Assembly: GCA_963653375.1 (NCBI GenBank)
Contig: CAVJWJ010000001.1
Location: 27,046-91,045, forward strand
Source of the DNA: Roseburia sp. CAG:303
GTDB lineage: Bacteria; Actinomycetota; Coriobacteriia; Coriobacteriales; Coriobacteriaceae
DNA length: 64,000 nucleotides
Reading direction: 5' to 3'
Shown piece by piece: positions 9,393 to 21,769 of the stretch. The position numbers and the translations under genes are program-made. The stretch's first letter is position 1. Each line of letters starts with the position of its first letter. The notes below the pieces were generated by a model. The model did no database searches. It was not told where the DNA came from and saw only the letters and a list, made by a program, of their open reading frames with translations.

Positions 9393-12038
9393 ATGGCCAA
9401 AAAGCCAACGACAGATGCCGCACCCGCAATCGTAGACAGCATCGAAGCCCTGGAGGCAAAGCTCGCGCGCATGCGCGAAGCCCAGAAGGTGTACGCCACC
9501 TTCACCCAGGAGCAGGTCGACAAGATTTTCTACGAGGCAGCTCTGGCAGCTAACAAGGCTCGTATCCCCCTCGCCAAGATGGCGATCGAGGAGACCGGCC
9601 GCGGTGTTCTGGAAGACAAGATCATCAAGAACCACTACGCCGCTGAGTACATCTACAATGCGTACAAGGACACCAAGACCTGCGGCGTGCTTGAGCGCGA
9701 CGAGGCCTACGGCATCACCAAGATTGCTGAGCCTATCGGTATTGTAGGTGCTGTTATCCCCACCACGAACCCCACCTCTACCGCCATCTTCAAGACCCTT
9801 ATCTGCCTGAAGACGCGTAACGCCATCATCATCTCCCCGCACCCCGCTGCCGCCAAGTGCACCATTGCTGCCGCCAAGCTCGTGCTTGAGGCTGCTGTTA
9901 AAGCCGGTGCCCCCGAGGAGATTATCGGTTGGGTAGACGTTCCTTCCATCGACCTGACTGGTAAGGTCATGGCCGACGTTGACATCATTCTGGCTACCGG
10001 TGGCCCGGGCATGGTTAAGGCTGCTTACAGCTCTGGCAAGCCTGCTCTGGGTGTTGGCGCTGGTAACACGCCCGTTGTTATCGACGACACCGCAGACATC
10101 AAGCTGGCTGTTAACTCCATCATCCACTCCAAGACCTTCGACAACGGCATGATTTGCGCCTCTGAGCAGTCCGTCACCGTTATCGATACCATCTATAACG
10201 AGGTCAAGGAAGAGTTCACCCGCCGCGGCTGCTACTTTGTTAAAAAGGGCAAGGAGCTCGAGGCTCTGCGCGAGGCTATGTTTAAGAACGGCGCCCTCGA
10301 TCACCGCATCCCTGGTATGGCTGCTGCAAAGATTGCAGAGCTCGCTGGCATTGAGGTTCCTGCTAAGACCAAGATTCTGATTGCTGAGGTTACCTCCACC
10401 GATCCTGAGAAGGAGGAGTTCAGCCACGAGAAGCTCTCCCCCGTTCTTGCTATGTACAAGGCCAAGAACTTCCAGGAGGCTGTGGACAAGGCCGAGCACC
10501 TCGTACTGGCAGGTGGCCCGGGTCACACCGCTTCGCTCTACGTGCATCCCGCACAGTCTAAGAAGATCGCCCTGTTTGAGAACACGATGAAGGCTTGCCG
10601 CATCGTTATCAACACTCCGTCTTCGCACGGTGGCATTGGCGACCTGTACAACTTTGGCATGAAGCCCTCCCTCACGCTGGGCTGCGGCTCCTGGGGTGGC
10701 AACTCCGTCTCTGAGAACGTTGGGGTGAAGCACTTGATCAACATCAAGACCGTCGCGGAGCGTCGCGAGAACATGCTGTGGTTCCGCGCTCCCGAGAAGG
10801 TGTACTTCAAGAAGGGCTCTACGCCTGTCGCGCTCGACGAGATCGGCCGCGTCATGGGCAAGAAGCGTGCCTTTATTGTTACCGACCAGTTCCTCTTCAA
10901 GAATGGCAACACTCGCGCCATCGAGGCCAAGCTGGACGAAATGGGCATTGCTCACGACTGCTTCTACGATGTTGAGCCCGATCCTTCGCTGCAGTGTGCA
11001 CGTCGTGGCGCCGCTCAGATGCGTCTGTTCGAGCCTGACGTAATCATTGCTGTTGGCGGTGGCTCTGCTATGGACGCCGGCAAGATTATGTGGGTTATGT
11101 ACGAGCACCCCGAGGTCAATTTCGAGGATATGGCCATGGACTTCATGGATATCCGTAAGCGTGTTTACACCTTCCCCGAGATGGGTCAGAAGGCTTACTT
11201 CGTAGCTGTCCCCACCTCTTCGGGTACGGGCTCTGAGTGCACCCCGTTTGCCATCATCACCGACAAGGAGACCGGCATTAAGTGGCCGCTCGCCGATTAT
11301 CAGCTGCTGCCTAAGATGGCTATTGTCGACGTTGACAATGCTATGACCGCTCCTCGTGGTCTGACTGCTGCCTCTGGTATCGATGTTATGACTCACGCCA
11401 TTGAGTCCTACGTCTCCATCATGGCTTCCGACTACACCAAGGGCCTCTCTGAGCGCGCTGCTAAGCTCGTCTTTGAGAACCTGCCCTCCAGCTTTGAGAA
11501 TGGCGCCAAGGATCCTCACGCTCGCGAGGAAATGCACAACGCCTCCTGCATGGCTGGTATGGCATTCGCCAACGCCTTCCTGGGCCTCAACCACTCCATG
11601 GCTCACAAGCTCGGCGCCTTCCACCACATTCCTCACGGCCTGGCAAACGCCGTCATCCTGACGCGTGTTATGCGTTACAACGCCGCTGAGGCACCGGTGA
11701 AGATGGGCACCTTCTCGCAGTACCCCTACCCCAACGCATTGCACAACTACGCCGAGATGGCTCGTTACTGCGGCATTGAGGGCAAGGACGACAACGAGGT
11801 CTTTGAGAACTTCATCACCAAGCTTGAGGAGCTGAAGGACTTCATCGGCGTCAAGAAGACGATCGCCGAATATGGTGTAGACGAGAAGTACTTCTTGGAT
11901 ACACTTGATGATATGACCGAGCAGGCGTTCAACGACCAGTGCACCGGCGCTAACCCGCGCTACCCGCTGATGAGCGAGATCAAGGAGCTGTTCCTCGACG
12001 CTTACTACGGCCGTGAGCCGCAGAGCTACGGCGTCTAA
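9393..12038 (+). CDS. adhE: Bifunctional acetaldehyde-CoA / alcohol dehydrogenase
   Basis: 881 aa with an N-terminal aldehyde dehydrogenase half and a C-terminal iron-containing ADH half ('IIAVGGGSAMDAGK', 'HSMAHKLGAFHHIPHG'). The RBS AGGAGGA lies at 9379-9385. Confidence 0.97.
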   Translation: MAKKPTTDAAPAIVDSIEALEAKLARMREAQKVYATFTQEQVDKIFYEAALAANKARIPLAKMAIEETGRGVLEDKIIKNHYAAEYIYNAYKDTKTCGVLERDEAYGITKIAEPIGIVGAVIPTTNPTSTAIFKTLICLKTRNAIIISPHPAAAKCTIAAAKLVLEAAVKAGAPEEIIGWVDVPSIDLTGKVMADVDIILATGGPGMVKAAYSSGKPALGVGAGNTPVVIDDTADIKLAVNSIIHSKTFDNGMICASEQSVTVIDTIYNEVKEEFTRRGCYFVKKGKELEALREAMFKNGALDHRIPGMAAAKIAELAGIEVPAKTKILIAEVTSTDPEKEEFSHEKLSPVLAMYKAKNFQEAVDKAEHLVLAGGPGHTASLYVHPAQSKKIALFENTMKACRIVINTPSSHGGIGDLYNFGMKPSLTLGCGSWGGNSVSENVGVKHLINIKTVAERRENMLWFRAPEKVYFKKGSTPVALDEIGRVMGKKRAFIVTDQFLFKNGNTRAIEAKLDEMGIAHDCFYDVEPDPSLQCARRGAAQMRLFEPDVIIAVGGGSAMDAGKIMWVMYEHPEVNFEDMAMDFMDIRKRVYTFPEMGQKAYFVAVPTSSGTGSECTPFAIITDKETGIKWPLADYQLLPKMAIVDVDNAMTAPRGLTAASGIDVMTHAIESYVSIMASDYTKGLSERAAKLVFENLPSSFENGAKDPHAREEMHNASCMAGMAFANAFLGLNHSMAHKLGAFHHIPHGLANAVILTRVMRYNAAEAPVKMGTFSQYPYPNALHNYAEMARYCGIEGKDDNEVFENFITKLEELKDFIGVKKTIAEYGVDEKYFLDTLDDMTEQAFNDQCTGANPRYPLMSEIKELFLDAYYGREPQSYGV

Positions 12039-12062
12039 CAGTAGCACCCCGATCGGGTCTAG

Positions 12063-12107
12063 AAGGGAGGTTGCGTACCATAACGGGCGCGCCTCCCTTT
12101 ATTTATT
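12063..12107 (+). terminator. Probable intrinsic terminator after adhE
   Basis: The stem AAGGGAGG / CCTCCCTT encloses a ~21-nt loop and is followed by the T-rich TATTTATT. Confidence 0.5.
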
Positions 12108-12141
12108 GATTGCCTCATAAGGCAGAGAGGACGTATCGACC

Positions 12142-12909
12142 ATGAAACTACCTCAGGACAAGGTCGAGCTTGCAAAGCGCGGCAACAAGGTTGTTTACGA
12201 CCTGGGCGACAAAATCGTCAAGGTCTTCAACGAAACAAAGCCCGTGTCCGACGTCTTCAACGAGGCGCTGAACCTAGCCCGTATCAACGAGTGTGGTATC
12301 CCCAGCCCCAAGGCGCTTGCCGTAGATCAGGTTAAGGACAACGGCGGTTGGGCAATGCTCACCAGCAAGGTACCTGGCGAGATCATGGCAGACAAAATGG
12401 CCGCCGAACCAGGCCGCTACTATGAGTTCCTTGAGCAGTTTGTTGACCTGCTGATTGAGATCCACGGATATCGTTGTCAGCAGCTTAACCGCCAGAAGGA
12501 CAAGTACGCACGTATGATCAAGGGTCTTGACCAGATCGACGAGACCACGCGCTACAACCTACTCGAGCGTCTGGATGGCATGAAGAAAGATACCTGCGTA
12601 TGCCATGGCGACTTTAACCCCACTAACATCATTATTGGTGAGGACGGCAAGATGTATGTCTGCGACTGGGCACATGCCACACAGGGTGAGCCCGCGGCGG
12701 ACGCAGCAATGACCTATCTGCTTTTTGCTCTGAAGGATAAGCAGCAGGCCGATGCCTTCTTGGAGCTCTACTGCGAGCGTTCAAACACGCCTATCCAGGA
12801 AGTTCGTCAGTGGATGCCAGTAGTAGCCGCCTCTGAGCTCGCTCGTAAGCGCGAAGGCCAAGACCAGCAGGCTCTGCTGAGCTGGGTAAAGGTTATGGAC
12901 TACCAGTAG
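12142..12909 (+). CDS. Phosphotransferase-family kinase (APH / choline kinase-like)
   Basis: 255 aa. Carries the catalytic-loop and Mg-binding motifs 'CHGDFNPTNIII' and 'YVCDWAHA' typical of the APH/ChoK fold. The substrate is unknown. Confidence 0.7.
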   Translation: MKLPQDKVELAKRGNKVVYDLGDKIVKVFNETKPVSDVFNEALNLARINECGIPSPKALAVDQVKDNGGWAMLTSKVPGEIMADKMAAEPGRYYEFLEQFVDLLIEIHGYRCQQLNRQKDKYARMIKGLDQIDETTRYNLLERLDGMKKDTCVCHGDFNPTNIIIGEDGKMYVCDWAHATQGEPAADAAMTYLLFALKDKQQADAFLELYCERSNTPIQEVRQWMPVVAASELARKREGQDQQALLSWVKVMDYQ

Positions 12910-12962
12910 ACTCAGTTTCAAAACACACATGATCCGCTTTAGGCTCATGTCTTAACAACAAA

Positions 12963-13003
12963 CCCTCCTACCTCGCATAAACGCAGGTAAGAGGGTTCTT
13001 TTT
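12963..13003 (+). terminator. Probable intrinsic terminator after the kinase gene
   Basis: An imperfect stem, CCCTCCTACCTCGC ... GCAGGTAAGAGGG, is followed by TTCTTTTT. It overlaps the stop codon of the convergent gene at 13002. Confidence 0.5.
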
Positions 13004-13703
13004 AGCTAAAAAGCCAGCAAGCCAAGGTACCTGCATGACAGGTTATACAAGCTGAGTCCTCTTCCACCACGTTGGAAATGCCCCAGTCGCTCAACAACTC
13101 CATCGACGCGTGACTAAGATTCCAGCAAAAACCAGACTCTGACACTTCCGACTCAACGCTGAGGGGCACACACGAGAACCGTTTACCGATTTTTTCTACA
13201 AGTGTCCAAGCATCTCCCGCATGCAAAATACGTGCTTCAAAAGTATCTTCGATAAGCTCAACAGAGCCGCCATAAGAAGCAAGACGACCCATAACAGCCA
13301 TAGCATGATCGGGAGCACCGCCCGAAAAACAAGTAGCCACAAGTACAGCCCCAGGCCAACGAGAGCCTATAGCACGCAAAGCTAACGAAAGATCTGTAGC
13401 ATCCTTATGAGGGTCGTAGTGCTCAACGTCAAAGGAAGCAGACTCCCCCACACAAGAAGCTTTCTCGGCCTGAGCCACCAGTTGTTCACCACGAGAGCTC
13501 ACCGTGTCTACATCCCCGCAAAAGAGTGTGCAAGCAAGTCCTGCATCCAAAACAGCATCTAGGCCTCTGTCGACAGCAACTATGACATCACACTGATCTG
13601 CGGCTCGCTGAATGATCTCGGCAGAAGAACGCGCTGGAGAGCCACCAACAACCAACACGCGTTTTGGCGCCTCAGTCAAAGTACTCCTCCTCAAACCACT
13701 CAT
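13002..13703 (-). CDS. thiN: Thiamine diphosphokinase
   Basis: 233 aa. 'FCGDVDTVS' and 'HKDATDLSLAL' match the conserved GDxDS and KDxTD motifs of thiamine pyrophosphokinase. Confidence 0.75.
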   Translation of the reverse strand: MSGLRRSTLTEAPKRVLVVGGSPARSSAEIIQRAADQCDVIVAVDRGLDAVLDAGLACTLFCGDVDTVSSRGEQLVAQAEKASCVGESASFDVEHYDPHKDATDLSLALRAIGSRWPGAVLVATCFSGGAPDHAMAVMGRLASYGGSVELIEDTFEARILHAGDAWTLVEKIGKRFSCVPLSVESEVSESGFCWNLSHASMELLSDWGISNVVEEDSACITCHAGTLACWLFS

Positions 13704-13797
13704 ACGCTTCGACAGGCTCCGCGCTCATATCTACACGCACAAGCTCGGCACATAGACCGCATCTCGTACACCCTTGGGAGCAACGAGGGTGCGCTGT

Positions 13798-14499
13798 TCA
13801 ATCCTCAAAGTTCAAAATGCGTTCAAGCGAAAGCTCTTCAAACGAGTCAATAAAAATCTCGCAGTTTGCTCGCACATCCTCACGCTGAGCGCGCCCCTCA
13901 ACGTCAAAAATTCCCACACGGCGATACCCTGCAGAGCTAGAACTTTTAAGACCAAAGACAGCGTCCTCAAAGACCCATACGTCCTTATGCTGCACCTCAC
14001 CCAAGCCATGCAGATCACTCAGGCGAGCAAGCGCCAAATCGTATACGTCTGGATGATCCTTAGAAGCGCCCGCCTCGCCGGTGGTTACCAAGACATCAAA
14101 GTAGTCGGAAAGACCGCAGGCCTCAAGACCAATATGCACCGCCTCGGGAGGAGTTGATGTAGCAATAGCCATCGGAATCCCTGCCTTTTGCGTAGCGTCC
14201 AAAAAGGGAATGACACCAGGCCTCAGCGTAACCTCATTGCGGTAGCCATCGCAAACGAGTTCCATCAGGTGCGCGTAGACATCCTCAGCGTCTTTACCTA
14301 CACCCCATTTGCGATGATAGCCTTCACACTCCCCCATCAAAGAAAGGGATTCAAACTCAGCGAAGTCATCTGCCACCGTGTCAATTCCATAGGTTTTAAG
14401 CAAAGCAGGCTCTGCCCTCAGCCACATTCCCATTGACTGAAGCAACGTGCCGTCACAATCAAAAATAAAAGCAGAAGGACGTGAATGAGAAGCGCTCAT
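13798..14499 (-). CDS. HAD-superfamily hydrolase (beta-phosphoglucomutase-like subfamily IA)
   Basis: 233 aa. HAD motif I 'FIFDCDGTLL' is present, and 'VWVFEDAVFGLKS' matches motif IV. Confidence 0.8.
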   Translation of the reverse strand: MSASHSRPSAFIFDCDGTLLQSMGMWLRAEPALLKTYGIDTVADDFAEFESLSLMGECEGYHRKWGVGKDAEDVYAHLMELVCDGYRNEVTLRPGVIPFLDATQKAGIPMAIATSTPPEAVHIGLEACGLSDYFDVLVTTGEAGASKDHPDVYDLALARLSDLHGLGEVQHKDVWVFEDAVFGLKSSSSAGYRRVGIFDVEGRAQREDVRANCEIFIDSFEELSLERILNFED

Positions 14500-14735
14500 A
14501 TTAACCCCTTAGGCAAGAAATGCATCTATTCCCTGAATCCTAGCAGACCCATACAAAGCTGCACGCTGCAGGCGTTAGCGGCAAAATAAATCCCGTAAAT
14601 TAGGTATCTGTCAAGTGACGTTCATACAAAGATTAATAGATACCGTCCCTCGTTTAGAGGGCGCCGAAAGAACGCTGTGGTGCTAGTCTGAATTCAAGTT
14701 TTGAACATGCGTCAAGACGCACTGAGACTGTAGGG

Positions 14736-16934
<2,199 letters not shown>

Positions 16935-16969
16935 CCAACCACAAACAATTATTAAAAAGGAGACGATGC

Positions 16970-19396
16970 ATGCGTAAGATCTTTGAAACTCCCGAGCAGT
17001 TTGCCCAGGAATACCGCTCCGTGCTCATGGCCGAGGTGGGCAAAGACCTCAAGGGTTGCACCAATGCTGAGCGCTATCAGGCTCTCGCACGCCTCATAGC
17101 CCAAAAGGCAAACACGCAGTTTGCTCAGTCCGATTCCGAGAACGCTCGAAGCGACAAAAAGAAGGTTTACTACTTCTCGCTTGAGTTCCTCTTGGGTCCA
17201 CTGCTTGATAACTACCTGCTTAACTACGGCGCACGTGATGTTGTCGAAGCAGGTCTCAAGCATATGGGCATCTCTCTTGACGATTTGCTCGCAGAAGAAG
17301 GCGATCCCGGCCTTGGCAATGGCGGACTTGGTCGTCTGGCTGCATGCTTCCTTGACTCGATGGCCGCAGAAGGCATCTTGGGCTTTGGCAACGGTATGCG
17401 CTACCACTATGGTCTCTTCCGTCAAAAGATTGAAGGCGGCCGCCAGGTAGAGGTAACCGACAACTGGCTTGATAAGGGATATCCCTGGGAAACCCGTCAT
17501 CCCGAGAGTGCCGTACTCGTACGCTTTGGTGGCGAGGTCGTGCGTCACGAAGAAGAAGGCCGTTTCTGGTTTACGCAAGAAGGCGGCGAGCTGGTTAAGG
17601 CCGTACCGTACGACGTGCCCATCGTAGGCATGGATGGCGAGACGGTAAATCGTCTGCGCCTTTGGAGTGCAGAACCCGCACATGAAGACTTTGATCTGGA
17701 TGCCTTTAACCGTGGCGACTATGCCGCGGCAGCAAAGTTCCGCACTGATGCAGAAGCCATTTCTGAGATTCTCTATCCTAACGATGCAGGTGAGCATGGT
17801 CGCATCTTGCGCCTAAAGCAGGAATACCTCTTTGTGGCAGCAGGTCTTTCGTCCATCATTCGCAACTTCAAGTTTGACCACCCCAATCGTGGCTGGGAGG
17901 ATTTCCCCAACCTGGTGGCCATTCATACCAACGATACACACCCCGCCATGTGCGGAGCCGAACTTATGCGCATCCTTGTTGACGAAGAAGGTCTGGACTG
18001 GGACACCGCATGGGATATCGTGTGCCGAAGCATTTCTTACACCAACCACACCGTGCTGCCTGAAGCACTGGAAAAGTGGCCTATCGAGACCTTCCGCAAG
18101 CTTCTTCCTCGCGTGTACATGTATATCGACGAGATTAATCGTCGCTATATGGAGGCTTTCCCGCGCGAAGGCGAGAACTGGCAGGAGCACTTGCGCAACA
18201 CCGCGATTCTTTGGGATGGTCAGGTACGCATGGCCAACCTTTCTGTAATTTGTTCGCACTCTGTTAATGGCGTAGCACAGCTCCACACAGAAATTTTGAA
18301 GCGCGAGACACTGCATGACTTCTATGCATTGACGCCCGAGAAGTTTAATAACAAGACCAACGGCATCTCGCAGCGCCGTTTCTTGGCAAACGCCAACCCT
18401 TCCCTTGCTCGCCTTATTACCGAGCGCATTGGCGATGGCTGGCTGCATGACGCTTATGAGCTCAAGCGCCTTGAGTCTGCTGCAGACGATACCGCGTTCT
18501 TGGATGCCCTTGCTGCCTCTAAGCGTGAGAACAAGAAACGCCTGGCAGCATATGTAGCGCGCGAGACAGGCGTAGAGCTTGATGTCGACTCCATCTTTGA
18601 CGTTCAGGTTAAACGCTTCCATGCCTACAAGCGCCAGCTTATGAACATCTTTAAGGTGATGGATGTCTACAACCGCATGCTGGATGACCCATCCTACAAG
18701 CCGCACAAGACGTCCTTTATCTTCTCGGGTAAAGCAGCGAGCGCCTACACCTTTGCTAAAGAGACCATCCGCCTTATTAACTCCGTGGCCGATGTTATTA
18801 ACAACGACCCACGCGTAAACGACTACATCAAGGTTGCCTTTATCCCTAACTTTGCTGTTTCAAATGCCCAGCTCATCTACCCTGCAACCGAAATCTCCGA
18901 GCAGATTTCAACCGCCGGCAAGGAAGCTTCGGGCACCTCTAACATGAAGCTCATGATGAATGGCGCCATTACCTTGGGCACCCTCGATGGTGCAAACATT
19001 GAGATTGCCCAGCTTGCTGGAGAGCAAAACGAAAAGATCTTTGGCATGAAGGTTGATGAGATTGAAGCTCTGCGCAATGGCAACTACTTTGTGTGGGACG
19101 TTGTAAACAACGACCGCGCCCATGCGGGACGCTGCGTAGAGCAGCTCACCGATGGCACGTTTGCCGCACTCTCAGGCAACTTTGAGAGCATTGCGTACGA
19201 ACTCATGAACAATAACGACTACGACTTTGTTCTCGCAGACTTTGCCTCCTATACGCAGGCATGGCGTGAGCTAACCGATTCCTATGACGACACATACGCT
19301 TGGCAACGTATGGCGCTCGCAAACATTGCAAACTCTGGTCACTTCTCGAGCGATCGCACCATTCGCGAATACGCGCACGATATTTGGCACGTTTAA
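16970..19396 (+). CDS. glgP: Glycogen/alpha-glucan phosphorylase
   Basis: 808 aa. Carries the pyridoxal-phosphate lysine motif 'EASGTSNMKLMMNGA' and shows GT35 family similarity throughout. Confidence 0.96.
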   Translation: MRKIFETPEQFAQEYRSVLMAEVGKDLKGCTNAERYQALARLIAQKANTQFAQSDSENARSDKKKVYYFSLEFLLGPLLDNYLLNYGARDVVEAGLKHMGISLDDLLAEEGDPGLGNGGLGRLAACFLDSMAAEGILGFGNGMRYHYGLFRQKIEGGRQVEVTDNWLDKGYPWETRHPESAVLVRFGGEVVRHEEEGRFWFTQEGGELVKAVPYDVPIVGMDGETVNRLRLWSAEPAHEDFDLDAFNRGDYAAAAKFRTDAEAISEILYPNDAGEHGRILRLKQEYLFVAAGLSSIIRNFKFDHPNRGWEDFPNLVAIHTNDTHPAMCGAELMRILVDEEGLDWDTAWDIVCRSISYTNHTVLPEALEKWPIETFRKLLPRVYMYIDEINRRYMEAFPREGENWQEHLRNTAILWDGQVRMANLSVICSHSVNGVAQLHTEILKRETLHDFYALTPEKFNNKTNGISQRRFLANANPSLARLITERIGDGWLHDAYELKRLESAADDTAFLDALAASKRENKKRLAAYVARETGVELDVDSIFDVQVKRFHAYKRQLMNIFKVMDVYNRMLDDPSYKPHKTSFIFSGKAASAYTFAKETIRLINSVADVINNDPRVNDYIKVAFIPNFAVSNAQLIYPATEISEQISTAGKEASGTSNMKLMMNGAITLGTLDGANIEIAQLAGEQNEKIFGMKVDEIEALRNGNYFVWDVVNNDRAHAGRCVEQLTDGTFAALSGNFESIAYELMNNNDYDFVLADFASYTQAWRELTDSYDDTYAWQRMALANIANSGHFSSDRTIREYAHDIWHV

Positions 19397-19429
19397 GAAC
19401 CTGTCCGTAACAACACAAAGGAGAACACG

Positions 19430-20578
19430 ATGAGCAAAAAGGAATGCATCGCTATGCTCCTCGCAGGAGGGCAAGGCAGCAGGTTGGGAGCGCTGACGAG
19501 CAAGATTGCTAAGCCTGCCGTTTCGTTTGGCGGCAAGTTTAGGATTATCGACTTCTCGCTCTCCAACTGCACTAATTCTGGCATTAATACCGTAGGCGTA
19601 CTTACCCAGTACCGTCCCTACCTGCTGAACTCCTATGTTGGCTCGGGTGCTGCATGGGATCTGGACGAGCGCGGTGCTGGCGTATCCATTCTTCCGCCCT
19701 ATGCCACGCAAGAGGGTGGCAACTGGTACGCAGGTACAGCAGATGCTGTGGCTCAAAACATTGGTTACATCAAGGAGCATGACCCCGAGTACGTACTGAT
19801 TCTTTCGGGTGACCATCTCTATCGCATGGACTACCGCAAGATGCTCGAGGTTCACATTAAGAACAACGCAGACCTCACCATCTCCGTTATGCCGGTTCCC
19901 TGGGAAGAGGCTAGCCGCTTTGGCATCATTACCAAGGACCCTGAGGACGATCACATCGTCAAGTTTACGGAGAAACCAGAGAAGCCAGACTCTAACCTTG
20001 CCTCCATGGGCATCTACATTTTTAGCACCAAGCTTTTGGTAGATGCACTTGAGGCCGACGCACTTGATGCACGTTCGAGCCACGACTTTGGCAAAGACAT
20101 TATCCCGAAGCTTCTTGAGGACGGCCGCCGCCTGTTCTGCTACGAGTTCCATGGTTTCTGGAAAGACGTAGGCACCATCTCCAGTTTCCACGAGACCTCG
20201 ATGGATTTGCTGGGCGAAAATCCTGAGTTTGATCTCTACGACAAGAGCTTCCCCATTATGAGCAACGTCACCACGCGCCCGCCGCACTACATTGGTCCGG
20301 ATGCCCGTGTTGAGGACAGCTTGATTTCTAATGGCTGCCGCGTTTACGGTCAGGTACGCCATTCCATTCTTTCCACCGATAGCATTGTGGAAGAGCGCGC
20401 TGTTGTGGAAGACTCGGTGCTGCTACCTGGCGCACACGTAAAGGCCGGTGCACATGTGTGCCGCGCCATTTTGGGCGAGAACTCTGTTGTCGAGGAAGAC
20501 GTTAAACTCGGCAGCGTTGACACCACTAAAGACACGGCTGTCGTTGGAAACGATGTCGTCATCGGGAAGGGGGAATGA
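19430..20578 (+). CDS. glgC: Glucose-1-phosphate adenylyltransferase, catalytic subunit
   Basis: 382 aa. Motifs '[14 protein letters not shown]' and '[19 protein letters not shown]', with a C-terminal left-handed beta-helix region. Confidence 0.95.
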   Translation: MSKKECIAMLLAGGQGSRLGALTSKIAKPAVSFGGKFRIIDFSLSNCTNSGINTVGVLTQYRPYLLNSYVGSGAAWDLDERGAGVSILPPYATQEGGNWYAGTADAVAQNIGYIKEHDPEYVLILSGDHLYRMDYRKMLEVHIKNNADLTISVMPVPWEEASRFGIITKDPEDDHIVKFTEKPEKPDSNLASMGIYIFSTKLLVDALEADALDARSSHDFGKDIIPKLLEDGRRLFCYEFHGFWKDVGTISSFHETSMDLLGENPEFDLYDKSFPIMSNVTTRPPHYIGPDARVEDSLISNGCRVYGQVRHSILSTDSIVEERAVVEDSVLLPGAHVKAGAHVCRAILGENSVVEEDVKLGSVDTTKDTAVVGNDVVIGKGE

Positions 20579-20582
20579 ACCG

Positions 20583-21716
20583 ATGATTAATCGCAAAGCC
20601 ATCGGCTACATCACTGCTAACTACACCTGCCGCACCGGCTCCAAGCTGACGGATTGTCGTCCGCTTGCTGCACTGCCTATTTTTGGCCGCTATCGTCTGA
20701 TTGACTTCCCACTTTCCAACATGATGAATGCGGGCATAAAGACTGTTGGCGTTGTTATGCCTGGCAACTATCGCTCGCTTATTGACCACTTGGGCTCTGG
20801 ACGCGATTGGATGCTCGATCGCAAAAAGGGTGGCTTGTTCCTGCTGCCTGGCAACGCCTTTGGTGCTTCCAAGCGTGGCATGCGCTTTTTGCTGCGCGAT
20901 ATCATTTCCAACAAGACGCTCTTCCAGCGTTCCAATCTCCCCTACGTGGTGATGTGCGGATCTAACATCATCTTCAACCTCGACTTAGCCGAGATTATTG
21001 ATGCTCACGAGCGCTCTGGCGCCCAGGCAACGATGGTCTACTGCCGTGCCGAGCGTGCACACGACGAGGATGTTACCGCCCTGGAAATTGGCGATGCTGG
21101 CCGTGTACGCGCCCTGCATGCGGGCTGCTCGTTTGGTGACAATAAGTTCTTGGACTGCTGCGTTATCAATCGCGACCTGCTGCTCGACATTATCGATGGA
21201 TATCAGAGCGTGGATCACCTTGATCTCTTTGAGGCTATTGAGCCCGAGTTTGGCCGCATTGATGTGTGCACCTATGAGTTCAAGGGTCTGGCTGTAGGAA
21301 TCTTTAATGAGGACTCGTACTACCGTCGTTCCCTCGAGATGCTTAAGCCCGAGACCAATGACCAGCTCTTCTGCCCCGAGCGTCCCATTATGACTAAGGC
21401 GCACGATGTGCCACCCGCAAAGTATGGTGCTGGCAGCAACGTATGCAACTCTCTTGTTTCTGCTGGCTGCCTAATTCGCGGCACGGTGCGCGGCTCCATT
21501 CTTGCCCGCGATGTTGTAGTGGAGCAAGGTGCTTCCATCACAAACGCCATTGTTATGCAGGGCTGCGTGATTAAGAGCGGTGCACGCGTAGAGAACGCCA
21601 TCATCGATAAGAACAACGTGGTGCCCGCACAAACCGAGCTACGTGGTACACCCGATGTGCCGCTTATTATTGCCAAAGCACCTACGGGCGTTCTAACCGT
21701 AAACGCCACGAACTAG
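20583..21716 (+). CDS. glgD: Glucose-1-phosphate adenylyltransferase, GlgD subunit
   Basis: The start is set at the ATG at 20583 (MINRKAIG), 2 nt past the glgC stop. 'LTDCRPLAALPIFGRYRLIDFPLSNMMNAG' matches GlgD. The glycine-rich nucleotide loop seen in GlgC is absent. Confidence 0.88.
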   Translation: MINRKAIGYITANYTCRTGSKLTDCRPLAALPIFGRYRLIDFPLSNMMNAGIKTVGVVMPGNYRSLIDHLGSGRDWMLDRKKGGLFLLPGNAFGASKRGMRFLLRDIISNKTLFQRSNLPYVVMCGSNIIFNLDLAEIIDAHERSGAQATMVYCRAERAHDEDVTALEIGDAGRVRALHAGCSFGDNKFLDCCVINRDLLLDIIDGYQSVDHLDLFEAIEPEFGRIDVCTYEFKGLAVGIFNEDSYYRRSLEMLKPETNDQLFCPERPIMTKAHDVPPAKYGAGSNVCNSLVSAGCLIRGTVRGSILARDVVVEQGASITNAIVMQGCVIKSGARVENAIIDKNNVVPAQTELRGTPDVPLIIAKAPTGVLTVNATN

Positions 21717-21769
21717 AATATGAGCGCCCGGGCCCAAACCCGGGCGCATCTAGCTGAAAGGACTAGACT

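Noticed and set aside
9345-12047. A 900-aa minus-strand ORF, longer than adhE itself and covering the whole gene.
   Set aside because: It is in exact antisense codon register with adhE. The translation is low-complexity (rich in L, V, G, A, H and D) with no recognisable domain and no RBS. It is explained by the absence of TTA, CTA and TCA codons in the sense gene.
20448-20582. The N-terminal extension of the glgD track ORF that overlaps the glgC 3' end, and similar extensions for gltX, metK, cca, the MacB ATPase, YhgE and the radical-SAM gene.
   Set aside because: The extensions lack an RBS and overlap upstream genes or non-coding repeats. Internal starts with good Shine-Dalgarno sequences coincide with the conserved N-termini of the families.
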